Positions 1 through 13,968 of a DNA stretch of 64,000 nt are shown here, in pieces. Position 1 is the stretch's first letter. Every line of letters begins with the position of its first letter. The translations under genes and the position numbers were made by a program. The DNA lies in the NCBI RefSeq assembly GCF_006345805.1, contig NC_043001.1, forward strand, positions 95,604,001 to 95,668,000. The letters are read 5' to 3'. The stretch comes from Octopus sinensis. Taxonomy: Eukaryota. The notes beneath the pieces are model-generated. The model searched no databases and was not told the origin of the DNA. It saw nothing but the letters and a program-made list of their open reading frames with translations.

Positions 1-1025
1 CATAAATACAACACAATATGTCAAATTGGCTATTAATTTTATGCTATATTTCATCAATATTGCAGCTGATTTATTTTATTTTTCACTGTGATGCATGCGT
101 TTGGAATATATATGTTGTTTATTAATCCCTTTGCTGTGTTCTACACAGCTTGCGTAACATCTAACTCATATTTCAGATTGAATCAAAGTGTCATTCTGCT
201 TTCTTTAATCCATGGAACGAAGGACGATTTATCTTCCATAAAATGCCATTCTCTAGTCTTTAACAGAGAGAGCTGCAAGTATTCTCTTCGGTAATACACA
301 AACGGCTAAATCACCAGGTGAAACACTTGTCAAATCAAACATTTCACTTTAGTTCATTTCATTCGATGTATTAAATTGCTTCTGAACGCGCATGCGCACA
401 TATAGCACTTCACATATATCTGTATGTTTGCAAGTTTGTGTGTAAGCCTATCTCTATTTATATACAAAATTTTAATATTTGCTTCATCACTTGCATGCAG
501 AAATGTGTATAATCAGGTTCACAATTAAATTGCAGGAACAACAAATACGCTACACACACGTACACACACATATGAATTTGCTTGGAGAGATGTATTATGC
601 GGGAGGACACCGTATTAGCTTAGAATTAATTTCTGGGCAACCACGACGATCAGTATCTAACGCTTGTAGCTACAATTACTTGTTCCTCGCTCCGTGAAAT
701 CTTCTGGTGGATAATTCCGTGTACTCTTCAATGGATGGCTAAATATATCTGAAGTATTAATTGGCATTTATAATAATAATTAAGATTACGGAGACTTGTA
801 CACGTGACATCGAGGATGACCAAATGCAAAGTCTCTGAGTAAGCTGCACCCACGATATTTCAATTGCAAGAAAGAATAGTTGGTGCAGCGGAAGCACGTG
901 TAGTTCATTATAATATACTGTATATAAATACGAAATAAATTTTATGGTTGTATACACTTTAGTCTCTATGCACTTTACCAGTATGATATATATATAAATA
1001 TCTAGATATAGATATATATATGTAC

Positions 1026-1108
<83 letters not shown>

Positions 1109-2131
1109 CATATTTATATAAACATGGTCTGGTTCTCACGGTTATAATTATGGTATTTTAAAAATATATATATGTGTTACAATGTTGAAGTGTGTTCACC
1201 ATCACTAAACATAATTTGTAATGTTCCTAATGTTCAATTAGCGCTTTCATACGTTCGTAGTAATCATCAGACTTCAAAATGCATTTAACTGACACTTGAG
1301 TTCTTCACAAATACACACACAAACACAATCGCAAACAAACAAACACACACATACACACAATCACATAAATATATTACAAATATATGTGGTTGTGAATGTT
1401 TGTAATTGTGTGTATATCAGTGTAGGAATGTGCCAGCATTAGTAAGTTTAACTTACGATTGTATTAATGTATTTATACATGTAGTGCCTGTTCCCCTCTC
1501 TCTCAAACGGGCAGTCAGAATATCTTTCTATCTGATGTTGGGTATGAAAAGAAAATGAGGAAAGATATCAAAGAGAATATTTTTCACGTATTGAGGAAAT
1601 AATATATCAAAGTAATATAAATAAAACCCACATACCACTGCAAATAACACGATGTCTACTGTTACTGAGAAAGAAGGCGCAGAATGAAATATAGAAAAGT
1701 GCAGTGAATGAGCTACGAATCTCGTATTATCGTCAGTTTTGATAGGCTTTCTCTGCCGAAAGAGAAATTCCGAAAGAGAATATAGAAATTGCAACTTTGC
1801 TAGTCAATAAATACAAAAATGTCACTTCCATACGAACAGAGCAAATCGATAATATGAGATATAATGTGTTTGAATCGATAACATTAGATATAGTCATTTC
1901 AATGTGAATACGCTATAGAAAGTGGAACATTCTGGATTTCGCTTAGATCTATATAGAATAGACAGATTGTGTAGAAAATCTGAATAGTCAAGCAATAGAG
2001 CTGTGTAAGAGTTACAAATGTCCATAAGACATTTTGGAAAAATTCATTCACACTTATATCATCGTATAAATACTAATAAGTATGTTTAAATGTATATATA
2101 TATATGTATAGGTCTCTGTGTGTTTCTGAAC

Positions 2132-2200
<69 letters not shown>

Positions 2201-2202
<2 letters not shown>

Positions 2203-2345
2203 GCGTAGGAGTAGATGTGTGGTAATTAGCTTGCTTACGAACCATATGGTTCTGGGTTTAATCCCACTGCATGGCACCTTGGACGAGTGTTTTATTCTGT
2301 AGCCTCGGGCCGACCGAAGACGGAAACAGAAAGAAACCCATCGTA

Positions 2346-2385
<40 letters not shown>

Positions 2386-2557
2386 TATATGTGTGTATGT
2401 ATATATGTGTGTGTGCGTGTGTGTGTGTGTGTACGTTTTTGTGTCTGTGTTTATCCAGCCAAATCGCTTGACAACCAATGCTGGCGTGTTAACTTAACAG
2501 TGTGTTTACTTAACGGAACAGCTTGGCCACAGGCTGAAGCACGTAATCGAGTAAAGA

Positions 2558-2558
<1 letters not shown>
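2201..2558 (+). mobile_element. tRNA-derived SINE with internal microsatellite (family also at 54956-55370)
   Basis: Head ggagtagatgtgtggtaattagc...ggttctgggtttaatcccactgc (box A/B-like), the gacggaaacagaaagaaacccatcgtatatatg block and the atcgcttgacaaccaatgctgg block all align with the longer copy at 54956-55370. Confidence 0.8.
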
Positions 2559-2597
<39 letters not shown>

Positions 2598-2620
2598 ATG
2601 TGTGTATGTATATATGTGTG

Positions 2621-2676
<56 letters not shown>

Positions 2677-2712
2677 CTATCTATCTATATATATATAATA
2701 TATATATATATA

Positions 2713-2745
<33 letters not shown>

Positions 2746-2749
<4 letters not shown>

Positions 2750-3432
2750 CTGGCAGCTTCAACGAGGAGTGTTCTGTCCAAGGACACTTCAAAGCATAAC
2801 GGAGTCCCTCAAGGAACTATACTGGGACCACGTTTCTATTGGCCTTCTGAGACACTCTCAATTTTCGTTGACGACATTTCAACAGGATACGCAATCCTCA
2901 CACTTTACATCACGTATCGTTAAAAAGCAGCAGATAGCAATGTGCAACCTGTGCCGAGAAAAGAACAACTTGCGATTCTTTACAAATATAATTAAACCCT
3001 TCTATTGTACCCTACAAGCAGATTTCAATTGGAATACTCATCACCAGCTATCTGGTTCATTCCGAGAATTCCCCAAGTACCGAGCCATATTTAAATTGTA
3101 ACCTATATGGGTAGCTTACAGTGTAATCTACTCCTGAACTTATTACTAAAACAGCAATAACGTGCAGTCGACTAGTAGATTGGTTTGTGGTGCCATGTAG
3201 ATCAAGTATGAGATAACCCACGATTGTCTTTTGAGAACTGTGTTTCATTTTTTTAATGTTTTTGTTCTGAGTCGGCTGCATTCCTGCTCATAATTATAGT
3301 TGTTGCATTACGTCATATTCTCAACGGATTTTGGAATAATTCAAAAGATTGCTTTAGGCCAACACATGCTACTAGAGTAGGTTTAAATAATTGTTCTGCT
3401 ACTCGCTAGGGAGGGGAACCAATATTAAGCAA

Positions 3433-3463
<31 letters not shown>

Positions 3464-3706
3464 CACATATATATATACATATATATTTATATATATGTAT
3501 ATGTATATGTGTATATATATATAAGCATTCATAGAGACACATATAAACGGAGAGAGGTACGCACATACACTCACACGCCCCACACAATAACTTACACAGT
3601 CACATTTATGTGTATATATACAGACTTACACACATATGTTTATATATATATACGTAATGCACTTATGTGCACACACAGAACACACCTCGTTGAAGCTGCC
3701 AGAATA
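2746..3706. mobile_element. Element bounded by 32-bp inverted repeats, embedded in (TA)n, carrying a LINE RT fragment
   Basis: tattctggcagcttcaacgaggagtgttctgt (2746-2777) is the reverse complement of 3675-3706 with 1 mismatch. Both ends abut (TA)n. Confidence 0.7.
2798..3200 (+). pseudogene. Degenerate CR1-type reverse transcriptase fragment
   Basis: The frame from 2798 reads NGVPQGTILGP...IFVDD, matching the RT motifs GVPQGxxLGP and (Y/F)xDD. The 3' extent is approximate. Confidence 0.65.
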
Positions 3707-3758
3707 CTATATATATATATATATAGATAGATAGATAAATATATATATATATATATAT

Positions 3759-4871
3759 AGTAAGGAAAATTTTTTTAAAAAAGCAGAATGCTCAAATGAA
3801 AGAAAATTTTAATAAAATGAGAAAATGATAAAATATATAAATATATATTTATTCAACCGGTTTTCGTCATTGTATGACTTGTCAAGAATATTTATGTTTT
3901 AAGAAGTTATTTTAAAAATTAGAAAGGGGAAAAAAAGAAAATTGCATTGTTTTTTGTAAAAGAATAATGATAAAAATGTACAAAAATTAAAAAATAAGTT
4001 CTCCGATACATTGTGAGTTCGTTGTGTATCTTGAGTTTTATGGTTGTTTACCAAAAAATTACCTTGAGGTGTTAAGATCCAAAGGGATTAAGAGCATGTG
4101 ATGTGTTGTGTTGTTAAATTCAGCATGTTGCAGGACAGGAAGTAGTAGTAATTGTGGTCCTGGTTCTTCAGTTCCTGTGTTGTGGGTAAGGGGAGACAAC
4201 TCTTTAAATATCATGTTTACTATTGTTGTTATTACTATCATTTTTATTATAAATGATATGACAATTTGAAATGCAATTGTCTATGCAGATTTATATTATT
4301 ATAAAATAATATAAATAAAGTGTTAAAATCTGAAAGTTAAGTTAACAAGCAATTATATAAAAAAGATAATGCAAATGAAGCTAAAATGATAGTTTTATAA
4401 TTTGGGTTTTATTGAAGAACTCAAAAGAGTTGTCTCCCCTTACCCACAACACAGGAACTGAAGAACCAGGACCACAATTACTACTACTTCCTGTCCTGCA
4501 ACATGCTGAATTTAACAACACAACACATCACATGCTCTTAATCCCTTTGGATCTTAACACCTCAAGGTAATTTTTTGGTAAACAACCATAAAACTCAAGA
4601 TACACAACGAACTCACAATGTATCGGAGAACTTATTTTTTAATTTTTGTACATTTTTATCATTATTCTTTTACAAAAAACAATGCAATTTTCTTTTTTTC
4701 CCCTTTCTAATTTTTAAAATAACTTCTTAAAACATAAATATTCTTGACAAGTCATACAATGACGAAAACCGGTTGAATAAATATATATTTATATATTTTA
4801 TCATTTTCTCATTTTATTAAAATTTTCTTTCATTTGAGCATTCTGCTTTTTTAAAAAATTTTTTCCTTACT
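3759..4871. repeat. Near-perfect long inverted repeat (arms 3759-4205 and 4424-4871, 218-bp spacer); probable Penelope-like inverted pseudo-LTR
   Basis: The arms are reverse complements over ~447 bp; the only difference noticed is homopolymer length at the outer end. The left end abuts (TA)n, and the right arm is followed by a ~45-bp extension and then (TA)n. Confidence 0.9.
4739..4779 (+). ncRNA. Degenerate type I hammerhead-like motif (mirror copy 3850-3890 on minus)
   Basis: Stem I tattc/gaata, core ttgacaa (vs CUGANGA), stem II gtca-tacaa-tgac, GAAA, palindromic accggt. The core has two substitutions, so it is likely inactive. Confidence 0.55.
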
Positions 4872-4918
4872 TATCATTTCTCCACGTGCGGTCAACACAA
4901 CCCCACCATTTATTGATC

Positions 4919-4951
<33 letters not shown>

Positions 4952-5562
4952 ACACATACACATATATACATACATACATATATATAAAAAGGGATGGAAA
5001 GAGAGAGAAAGACACTGTAAGAGTGGTAAAGGGAGGGAGAGATTTGTGGGTGCAGTTGGTAACTTTTGAACAGGTAGTGGTTTATATCCTAAATTTCACG
5101 CAGCAGCATATAAACAAAAATGACTAGAGTGTCAATGCAAAGTGAGGGCCTAATACTCTACGTTCCTCTAGTTCAAGGACTCATAGTTATTTTAGTAACA
5201 TTTCAAACACATTCACTTTCTAAGGAGTATGGAACTTGTGCTCGAAAATATGTAATTTGTCATCCAATATACAACAGATACCGATTTGCCAGCAACGAAA
5301 TGTGCATCCGTCTTATAAACAGATTTATTGCATACACATATACATATATAGCATTTTTGCTAAAACTGTTGTAATATGTAATGGAGGAAATATCTCACGA
5401 CTAAATACATAAAATAACGTAGGTATCTATATGGCCAATTTTTCGTTATATATCGCTGTTAAATACAATTGATTAAAATTGCTAGCTTTGTTTTAGGAAT
5501 TACATATTCCGACATATTTCAAAGTATCATAATTCAAACTATCTATGTATCTATCTACCGAT

Positions 5563-6020
5563 CTAGGGAGAATTTACGAAAAATAGGAAAAGACGAAAAC
5601 AGGTGGTGTACAAAACAAACAGATGTATGAGGAATTACAACCGTGTTTCGTGGTCTGCTATCACAACAGCTCCTTTATAGGATCCAGTTAGCTCAATACA
5701 TCATCAGGAGCAACCACTTCCGGTTTCAGCCCTTACTCCTCGACCTTCTTGACGTGGCAGAGACCCCGCTTTCGGATGTGTCTTCAGCTCTAGTGTTGGG
5801 TGCATGGCTTCTTTCTTCTTTCTTCTGTTCCCTGGCCTCTTCGATGTATCGTCAGCGAGTGTCAGCCGTGACTGACTGACTTGTCAAAATTTTCCCTTTA
5901 AATACCTGCCGCTAGACTCCAGCAGACAACCCCAGCAAGCTGTCACGTGACACTGTCTCACCTTAACTCAGGAATAGAAAAAGTCTTTTACGTTGCGGTG
6001 CCTACATTGTAGTGGCTATC
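5563..6020 (-). mobile_element. Pseudo-LTR-type repeat (family of 28900-29340) split by a ~340-bp GC-richer insertion (about 5625-5965)
   Basis: tagggagaatttacgaaaaataggaaaagacgaaaac (5563-) and aaagtcttttacgttgcggtgcctacattgtagtggcta (to 6020) match the reverse complement of the 28920-29075 repeat. Confidence 0.55.
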
Positions 6021-6099
6021 TATTTATCTATCTATCTATCTCTCTATCACCTATCTATCTATATATATATCTATCTATCTATCCGTATCTCTCTCTCTC

Positions 6100-6170
<71 letters not shown>

Positions 6171-6197
6171 TGTGTATATAATATATATATATATATA

Positions 6198-6235
<38 letters not shown>

Positions 6236-6806
6236 GTGTGTATGTGTGTGTGTGTGTGTGTATGTATTTAACAAGTACTTAAGGCAACAATATATTTTGT
6301 TAAATTCGCATATGTATGAATTTACATGATTTTATTGAAACTTTCACGAGTTATTAATGCAATATATTTAATGCTGCTGAATAATTGAAGATAACAAGAT
6401 ACTTCATTTCCTTTTGCAAGTGATGGATTCAGTATGTACGCACCAAACATAATGACAACTTAAATAGATACTATAATATCATTCTAAAATTAAAACGACG
6501 GCATGTTAATGTATAAAACATAAAGTTAGATACATAGCGCAACGGTAATGTATATTTAGGTACTTGTACCGAGAGATCGTTTTAACTCGTTTACGTATCA
6601 ATACATCTTATGAAAACGAATTATATTAAATTGAATTAATTACTTGTCGAATGTTAACATTAATTGTCTTAATACTGCTGTCAGTAAATCCGTCCACAAC
6701 ATAGTCTGACTGACAGAGAATGAAATTTTTTGGCAAATTGATTGCAATCTGCTCGCAGACTTCAATTGTCTTTAAATATCTCAGCAAGAAACATTGTAGT
6801 TTTTTC

Positions 6807-7240
6807 TGGACCTTTTCGGTTTGAACGACAGTTTTTAACATAATTTCTAGGTAACTAGAAAATTTTAAACTTCGTATACTGGTAGAATGTGTTTATAAAA
6901 CATCTTTTTTTCTTGGCTTTATTGAGAAAATTCTATAGTTTGTAAGATATTTGTTGTTGTTTTTTCTTCCATTTATGCAATTTCAACCAATCAGTGACGT
7001 CCATTGAGGTAAACAACATTCTGTGCCGTATGAATATGTCCCTCGTTTAAGAAACAGATTGGGTTTATTTACATTTATGAAGAAAAAAAGATACCCTCCC
7101 CCACCCCTAACACTAACCTTAACTAAACCTAACCCTAAAACAGATTGAAATACAATAGATCGATACTAGGGTCATAATTATATGTGACAATTTCATATGA
7201 TACCGCTAGAAAAAACTGCCGTTCAAACCGAAATAATCCT
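6807..7240. mobile_element. MITE-like non-autonomous element (~430 bp)
   Basis: 23-bp terminal inverted repeats tttcggtttgaacgacagttttt (6814-6836) and aaaaactgccgttcaaaccgaaa (7211-7233), 1 mismatch. Internal degenerate cctaac tract; no ORF. Confidence 0.7.
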
Positions 7241-7890
7241 AGTGGTTTTTCTCTATCATTTAGGTTTTCAATAAACATTCGCTACTATGCTGAAATCTGT
7301 AATATATTTTTGGCTTCATCAATATCCAGAAGTCACATGCCCATTTTTCTCGGAACCGACATTTAATATCTGTCTGTAAGTACGCATATATTTATGTATA
7401 ACCAAGCTACGATCTTAATGTGCTAATTAGTTTTAATTGAGAGATAATTAATATATCATCAATCTAAACTAGATAATATATTTCGCTTCGATCATTGACA
7501 AAATTTATGAATTGTTTACACAAGTAATATATGTTCTGAAGCTGTGAGTTATTATATCAACATTAATTATATCTTATTCATTCAGTGAGTTAACTTTAAA
7601 TTATTATTCTAGCAGTGTGTATTATTGTAGTCTTTTTTTTTTATTCTGTCAATCTATTTTCAATGTGGACTGACTGTCATTGAATTAAAAGTTGCAGCTT
7701 AATTTGATATGCCTGATATATTTTTGAGATATAGTTAGATCGATCGTTAAACTGTACTAATCACATGAAATGCATTGCTAAGTTTACATAGCAATATATA
7801 TGATGTCTCTAGAAATACACACTCGTCCAGCCCTTTTTTTAATAACGCATCGCAATTTTAATGCTTGTAGGAATTTAGGGTATAAATATG

Positions 7891-7931
<41 letters not shown>

Positions 7932-7949
7932 ATGTGTATATATATATAT

Positions 7950-8013
<64 letters not shown>

Positions 8014-8422
8014 CTCCTTACTCTTTACTTTTTTACTTGTTTCAGTAATATATATTTATAACAACATCAAATTGGAAGGTACCGCTCGAGCGAAAATATA
8101 CAGAGAAGGGTATTTGGGAATGCAGAGGTTTTTTAAAGATGTTTATTGACTTGAACGGTTTCACTTGAAAACAAATATTCAAAAGAAACATGTAAGGCTT
8201 TGTGTAGACTTTGTGGTGTTAAAGATTGGTTAATATTAATGTATTAAATACAATGTCATTGACATTGATAAGAGAAAGTTCATTGGGCAATTGTGCTTAA
8301 ACAATTTGCATACCTACATGCACATATACGCACATGTATACACATATTCATATAAAACACACATAAATACAAACGATTATATACATATATATATATATAT
8401 AGTATATATATATATAATATAT

Positions 8423-8471
<49 letters not shown>

Positions 8472-8573
8472 TATATATATATACTCACACACACACACAT
8501 ATATAATATATAAGCAATTATATGTATACACACGAACACACACTCAAACATACACACATGTAAATATATAAAG

Positions 8574-8622
<49 letters not shown>

Positions 8623-9172
8623 GTTTGTTTATATGCATGTGTGTGTCGTTTGTTTTATGTACGATTTTATGGTCATGTATGTGTGTACGTAGATGCAATT
8701 GTGTGAGTGTGTGTATGTGATTAAATAAGGGTACACCATACCAACTATGAGAAATGAAACAAATGAGCTCAAATCCAAAGATTCACAAATGTCATATTTG
8801 GAGAAGAATTCACCATTTTTGACCACTCCTAAAAATATCCAATTTCTTTCTAACTGATAGGTTAATTTCTTCTCCCTAATATTTCAACTACTTTTTGTCT
8901 TCCTCTTACTTTTTCCCTTCCGTATTTCTTCGTTTTGCTCTTATTCATGTTCCTTTTCCTTCTTTTTCCAGCTTTTTATTTAGCTCTTTTTACATTTTAT
9001 GTTTTATCTTTTGCTTCTTCATTTCTTCTTTCTCAATTTTCACACATGATGGAGTGTTCACTTTTTTGTATTATTTTATTATTTATATATTATTTATACT
9101 ATTAATTTTTGTATTATTTCTATCTTCAATTTTCTTTTTTTCTATTTTTGATTTTATTTGTAAAAATATCAC

Positions 9173-9208
<36 letters not shown>

Positions 9209-9285
9209 GCATATGTTTGTATATATATATATATATATACATACATATATATATATATATACATACATATATACACATATATATG

Positions 9286-9324
<39 letters not shown>

Positions 9325-9427
9325 TATGTATGTATGTATAGTATACTCTCCGTTCGATAATAATACGAGTGAGCACTCTAATTCGGGTTTTGTGTGATCA
9401 TGTATATGTTAACTGCAATGAAGCAAC

Positions 9428-9485
9428 GGTGGTGCCCCGGCATGGCCGCAGCTTTCGGGCTGAAACATCTTTAAGGATTTTAAAG
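9428..9485 (+). mobile_element. Isolated SINE/CR1 3'-tail fragment
   Basis: ggtggtgccccggcatggccgcagctttcgggctgaaac matches the tail of the SINE at 55309-55345 and of the CR1 at 59799-59837. Confidence 0.55.
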
Positions 9486-11080
9486 ATTGTATATACATAC
9501 ATCTTTCGCTAGCACTATCTTTCGCAATCATGATCTTTTGTATGTCGTAAGGAAACTGATAGTTACAAACAGGATATTGTAGGAGCAACCACACCACCTG
9601 ACTTCACATCACCAGTACAGTTACAGAGAACGAGACAATAATATAAAGGAAAAGCACCAAGAGCAACATGCAAATTGAAAAGAACCACAACTTACAAAAT
9701 ATTACAGAAGGGGAAAAATCTTAAATAATTGTATTTGAGGCTCCGAAATATACACCGCCTGAGGGAAAATATTTCTAACTTCCCATACAAATGTAAGTTG
9801 CTCGTAGACTGTTTAGAATTGAATTAGTAAAGGCAACCTCCCATTATAAAATGCTGCAGAGTTGTATTTATGGTCCCTGCAACATACACTAGGAAATTGG
9901 TAATCTGTAAGTTCAGAGGTTGCAGATACGAACCTGTTCGGTGCAGTCTATGAGTTATAAGTTATACAAACATTTATTTCACACTTCTCACCAACCAAGC
10001 GAAGCGGGGCTGCCGGTTTAGTCACGGATATCCCGACCGTCTGACCGTTAGCACTACGTCACATGTGAATTATTATTATAGATTACTATCACTATTTCAA
10101 CTGTTATAGATAGTTATCACCACTAATACCAACATTATCTATTTATCTCTCTATCTATCTCTCCATCTCTCTATCTCTATCTGTATCTATCTATCTATCT
10201 ACCTATCTATCTACCTACCTACCTACCTACCTACCTATCAATCGATATATGTATGAATTTCAACATAAAAGTAATGATTAGTAGAATTTTAATTTGTAAG
10301 CTCATAATCTGTGTACCTCATGGTGTTAGTTGTATAATAATATGGGCATCCTTTTATCATATTCAATATATCCCTTTCCATATATATTCTATTCTCTTTT
10401 CAATAGACACTTTATGATTTCGTTGATCTCCAGATTATATTTCTTCATTTGCCAACCATTCAAATTAATATTTCTATTTGGAGACATTTATTTACTGGGA
10501 ACTAATCAATAACAATACGAGAGCCTATTACCATAATTTTTTTTTGCCTATGTGAAACCTTGCCTCTTATTATGGTCTGTTTATTATTCATTGCCTACGT
10601 TTTTTAATTGGATTTTCATCGCCTGTTTCTTATGGATTCTGATAATGTTTGCTTCCTTTCCGAGTATACATTTCACTTGCATTATCTATTTTATTTACAC
10701 AGTAACTTGGCTCAGAATGGCTCAAAACAAGCTGTTTTCTTCTGGAATGACTGCATATTTAATGCATTGTATATTTATATAATGGGTTTTGGTATCTGCT
10801 TTCAATTGAGTTTTGTATATTACTGTATACATATGCATCATATTAAAGCTTCATGTTAATACTTAAATGTAAATTTTAAAGTTTCCATTTTACCAAAAGA
10901 TTTAACGTTGTTTGCTATAGTACATATATCGGATCAGGTTTTAGTTTTACACATATTTGTGTTGCTCCATTCTCTATAGAATTACAGCCATTTAAATCTA
11001 AATGCATTGTGCACATGCTTGCTCTGAGAAAACATTAGCAGATTAGGTTTTAGTTTTCTTCTGTTTATCGCTATTTTTTT

Positions 11081-11140
<60 letters not shown>

Positions 11141-11323
11141 GTGTGCGTGTGTGTGTCTATATATAAGAAAGATATTTTTGAATATCTACTGGAGATATAC
11201 TTTCTATTTTGTAGTTGAAAAAGGAATAGTTATTAGAATGAATATTCTCTCTATATGCATGTGTACGTATATATATACATACACACATATATATGTATAT
11301 ATGCATGTATATATATATATTAT

Positions 11324-11373
<50 letters not shown>

Positions 11374-12950
11374 CATTTATAATGTATGTATGGATCTGTA
11401 TATTTATGTATGCAGAACCTTTGTGTATACTGTTTAAAAATCAGTACATTTTACTTACGTTTAAGGCTAATCTTTATCTACTTACTGCTTGTAAATAATA
11501 TTTTTCTATAAGTTGGTGGAACCTCTGTATTATCGAACCCCATTACCCTATACTTGAAATAATTACGTCAACGATATTACGGAACAAGCGCTCCTAATCC
11601 AGCTCACCCTAACATTTCCCTATATTTTCTTTCAATATCATGAACTCTACGTTGCTAGTACACTGAAATGAAGTTTTGTTCAACATTTGATCAATTCTTA
11701 TGCTTTATGTTACTTTAGCAAACAGTAAAGTATTAACGTTTTAATAGAATTCCCTTCCTGAAGCTTTGCGCGGAGGCCTATTGCTAAATAGAATTTCATG
11801 CTAATATTTATATTCATTTCCGTGCGTAGGTTTATCTACATTTCTTCAACTTTAGAGTATTGAGATGTAATGCTTTACTTTCATCTTTCCTGCATAGACA
11901 GGTGTGACGTGGAACTAAATATGTGAATAATAATGCGTGTATTTATTTGTTCTTTGTGTTTGGTTTTCCTCCGTTGTTTTTCGTTTATAGATTCTTTGCA
12001 AAAATTAGGAGAGGCGCTTGGCTCCGTCGTTAGGGCTTGCCACTTTACTGTAATTTAATAAATCCGCAACGAATTGGCGCCTTATTCAGTGGAAGCGGTG
12101 TGATAGCATCACATATGCACTATGGACACCAGGTAACAGACACTATGAGATTTTCAACTTGGAAAAAGGGATTTGCAAGGAAATGGATTTAATTTACACT
12201 TTTTTGGGTAAAGACAATCCAACAATTTCGTAATGTATTTTCATACCTTTTCCAACTATGACACATTGGTATTTTATACCTCTTCATTATTTTCTGAAAT
12301 CAAAGATACAACAGAAGTAAATGTTTTCCTAGTCTCGCTTTCGCTTGCTCTCGCTTTCAGTATAAGTAAACGAAGTGCCACTTAACGCTGCACCTTCAAT
12401 ATACTATACGCTTATATTCCTTTGATATCTATATTTCGATATTATATATATATATATTATATATATATTATATATATAATATATATATATATATATAATA
12501 TATATATCTATACACATAGATACAAACATACACGCATATATATATATATATTTGATTAGAGTTTAAATTAATCTCATTAAGGAATGGTATCATCCAAGGA
12601 ATTACTGGTTCAATACCTGATATTTGTTGAGAATACTATACGTAAAACAACATGTTTATATATAAGCTATTGTTTCTAATCATTCGAATGAAAATAACAA
12701 AATGGCGGTGTAGCATTGAATAAAAGTTTATTATCTACAAAAATTAAACATAGTCACAGCTGTTTCAATTACGCCTAAAAAGATTAAATAGCAATTATTA
12801 AAATCATCATATTTGGCAAAATCTCAGCAGAAGTCTAGAAAAAGTATATACCGTTAAGTTTTTATGTGATATTTTAGAATCATCACAGCTGTAAGGGAAT
12901 ATGTTTGCATTTTGCAGATAATTGATTTTTATTATATATATATATATATA

Positions 12951-13968
12951 TATAATCAAAAGAGGGTAATAACATAGATTACTACCAGTGGCCCAGCACA
13001 AAAGACGAATTAGTCATTAGACAAAATATTATTCATATAGAAAAATATTATTCATATAGAAATATAATTAAGGGCTCCCAAATAAGGATGCCAAGTTCTA
13101 GGGACACAAAAAAGGATAAATTCATCGAGTGAAAATCTAAAAATTTACCATTAACGATATATCCCGGACTGATCATTTTCTACCTCTTTCTAGCAAAACA
13201 GATAGAATATGTTTGCTTAGGCCGGTTTCATCAGCGAGACGCCTTTGTTAATTCGAGATGCACAGAGCGTTAGACCATGTGTTGATCTAAACAATTTGTA
13301 AATCTTAACTTTTCAAACCTCTGCGCAGACGCAAAATCTACCCGGTGATATAGGGCATGCCGGGAAAAAAATATTTACGAACAAACCTATCAAGTAATAT
13401 GTGAATATAATCAAAAAAGGGTAATAACATAGATTACTACCAGTGGCCCAGCACAAAAGACGATTTAGTCATTAGACAAAATATTATTCATATAGAAAAA
13501 TATTATTCATATAGAAATATAATTAAGGGCTCTCAAATAAGGATGCCAAGTGCTAGGGACACAAAAAGGGATAAATTCATCGAGAGTGAAAATCAAAAAC
13601 ATTTACCATTAACGATATATCCCGGACTGATCAGTTTCTACCTCTTTCTAGCAAAACAAACAGAATATGTTTGCTAAGGCCGGTTTCATCAGCGAGACGC
13701 CTTTGTTAATTCGAGATGCACAGAGCGTTAGACCATGTGTTGATCTAAACAATTTGTAAATCTTAACTTTTCAAACCTCTGCGCAGACGCGAAATCTACC
13801 CGGTGATATAGGGCATGCCGGGAAAAAAATATTTACGAACAAATATATCTAGTAATATGTGAATATAATCAAAAATGGGTAATAACATAGATTACTACCA
13901 GTGGCCCAGCACAAAAGACGAATTAGTCATTAGACAAAAAATATTATTCATATAGACAAATATTATTC

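Noticed and set aside
680-748. Minus-strand exon candidate IFSHPLKSTRNYPPEDFTERGT
   Set aside because: Canonical borders only, no recognisable homology, and its phase does not join the next candidate.
1528-1794. Hydrophobic ORF resembling a membrane-protein segment
   Set aside because: No family motif; hydrophobicity follows from T-rich composition.
5215-5315. Minus-strand peptide HFVAGKSVSVVYWMTNYIF faintly like an ABCA transmembrane segment
   Set aside because: Short, no convincing splice sites, and no other ABC transporter exon in the window.
6644-6709. Minus-strand exon candidate SDYVVDGFTDSSIKTINVNIRQ
   Set aside because: Good acceptor but a mediocre donor and no recognisable protein; expected by chance.
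7095-7140. Interstitial telomere repeat
   Set aside because: A short, degenerate cctaac tract internal to the MITE-like element, not a (TTAGGG)n array.
9990-10025. Helitron 3' end (gcgaagcggggctgccggtttagt)
   Set aside because: Weak hairpin, ends TTAG rather than CTAG, and no matching 5' end identified.
13215-13290. Hammerhead in the 455-bp tandem unit (minus-strand CTGATGAAACCGG)
   Set aside because: CUGAUGA and GAAA overlap with no stem II between them, and alternative registers give no stem I.
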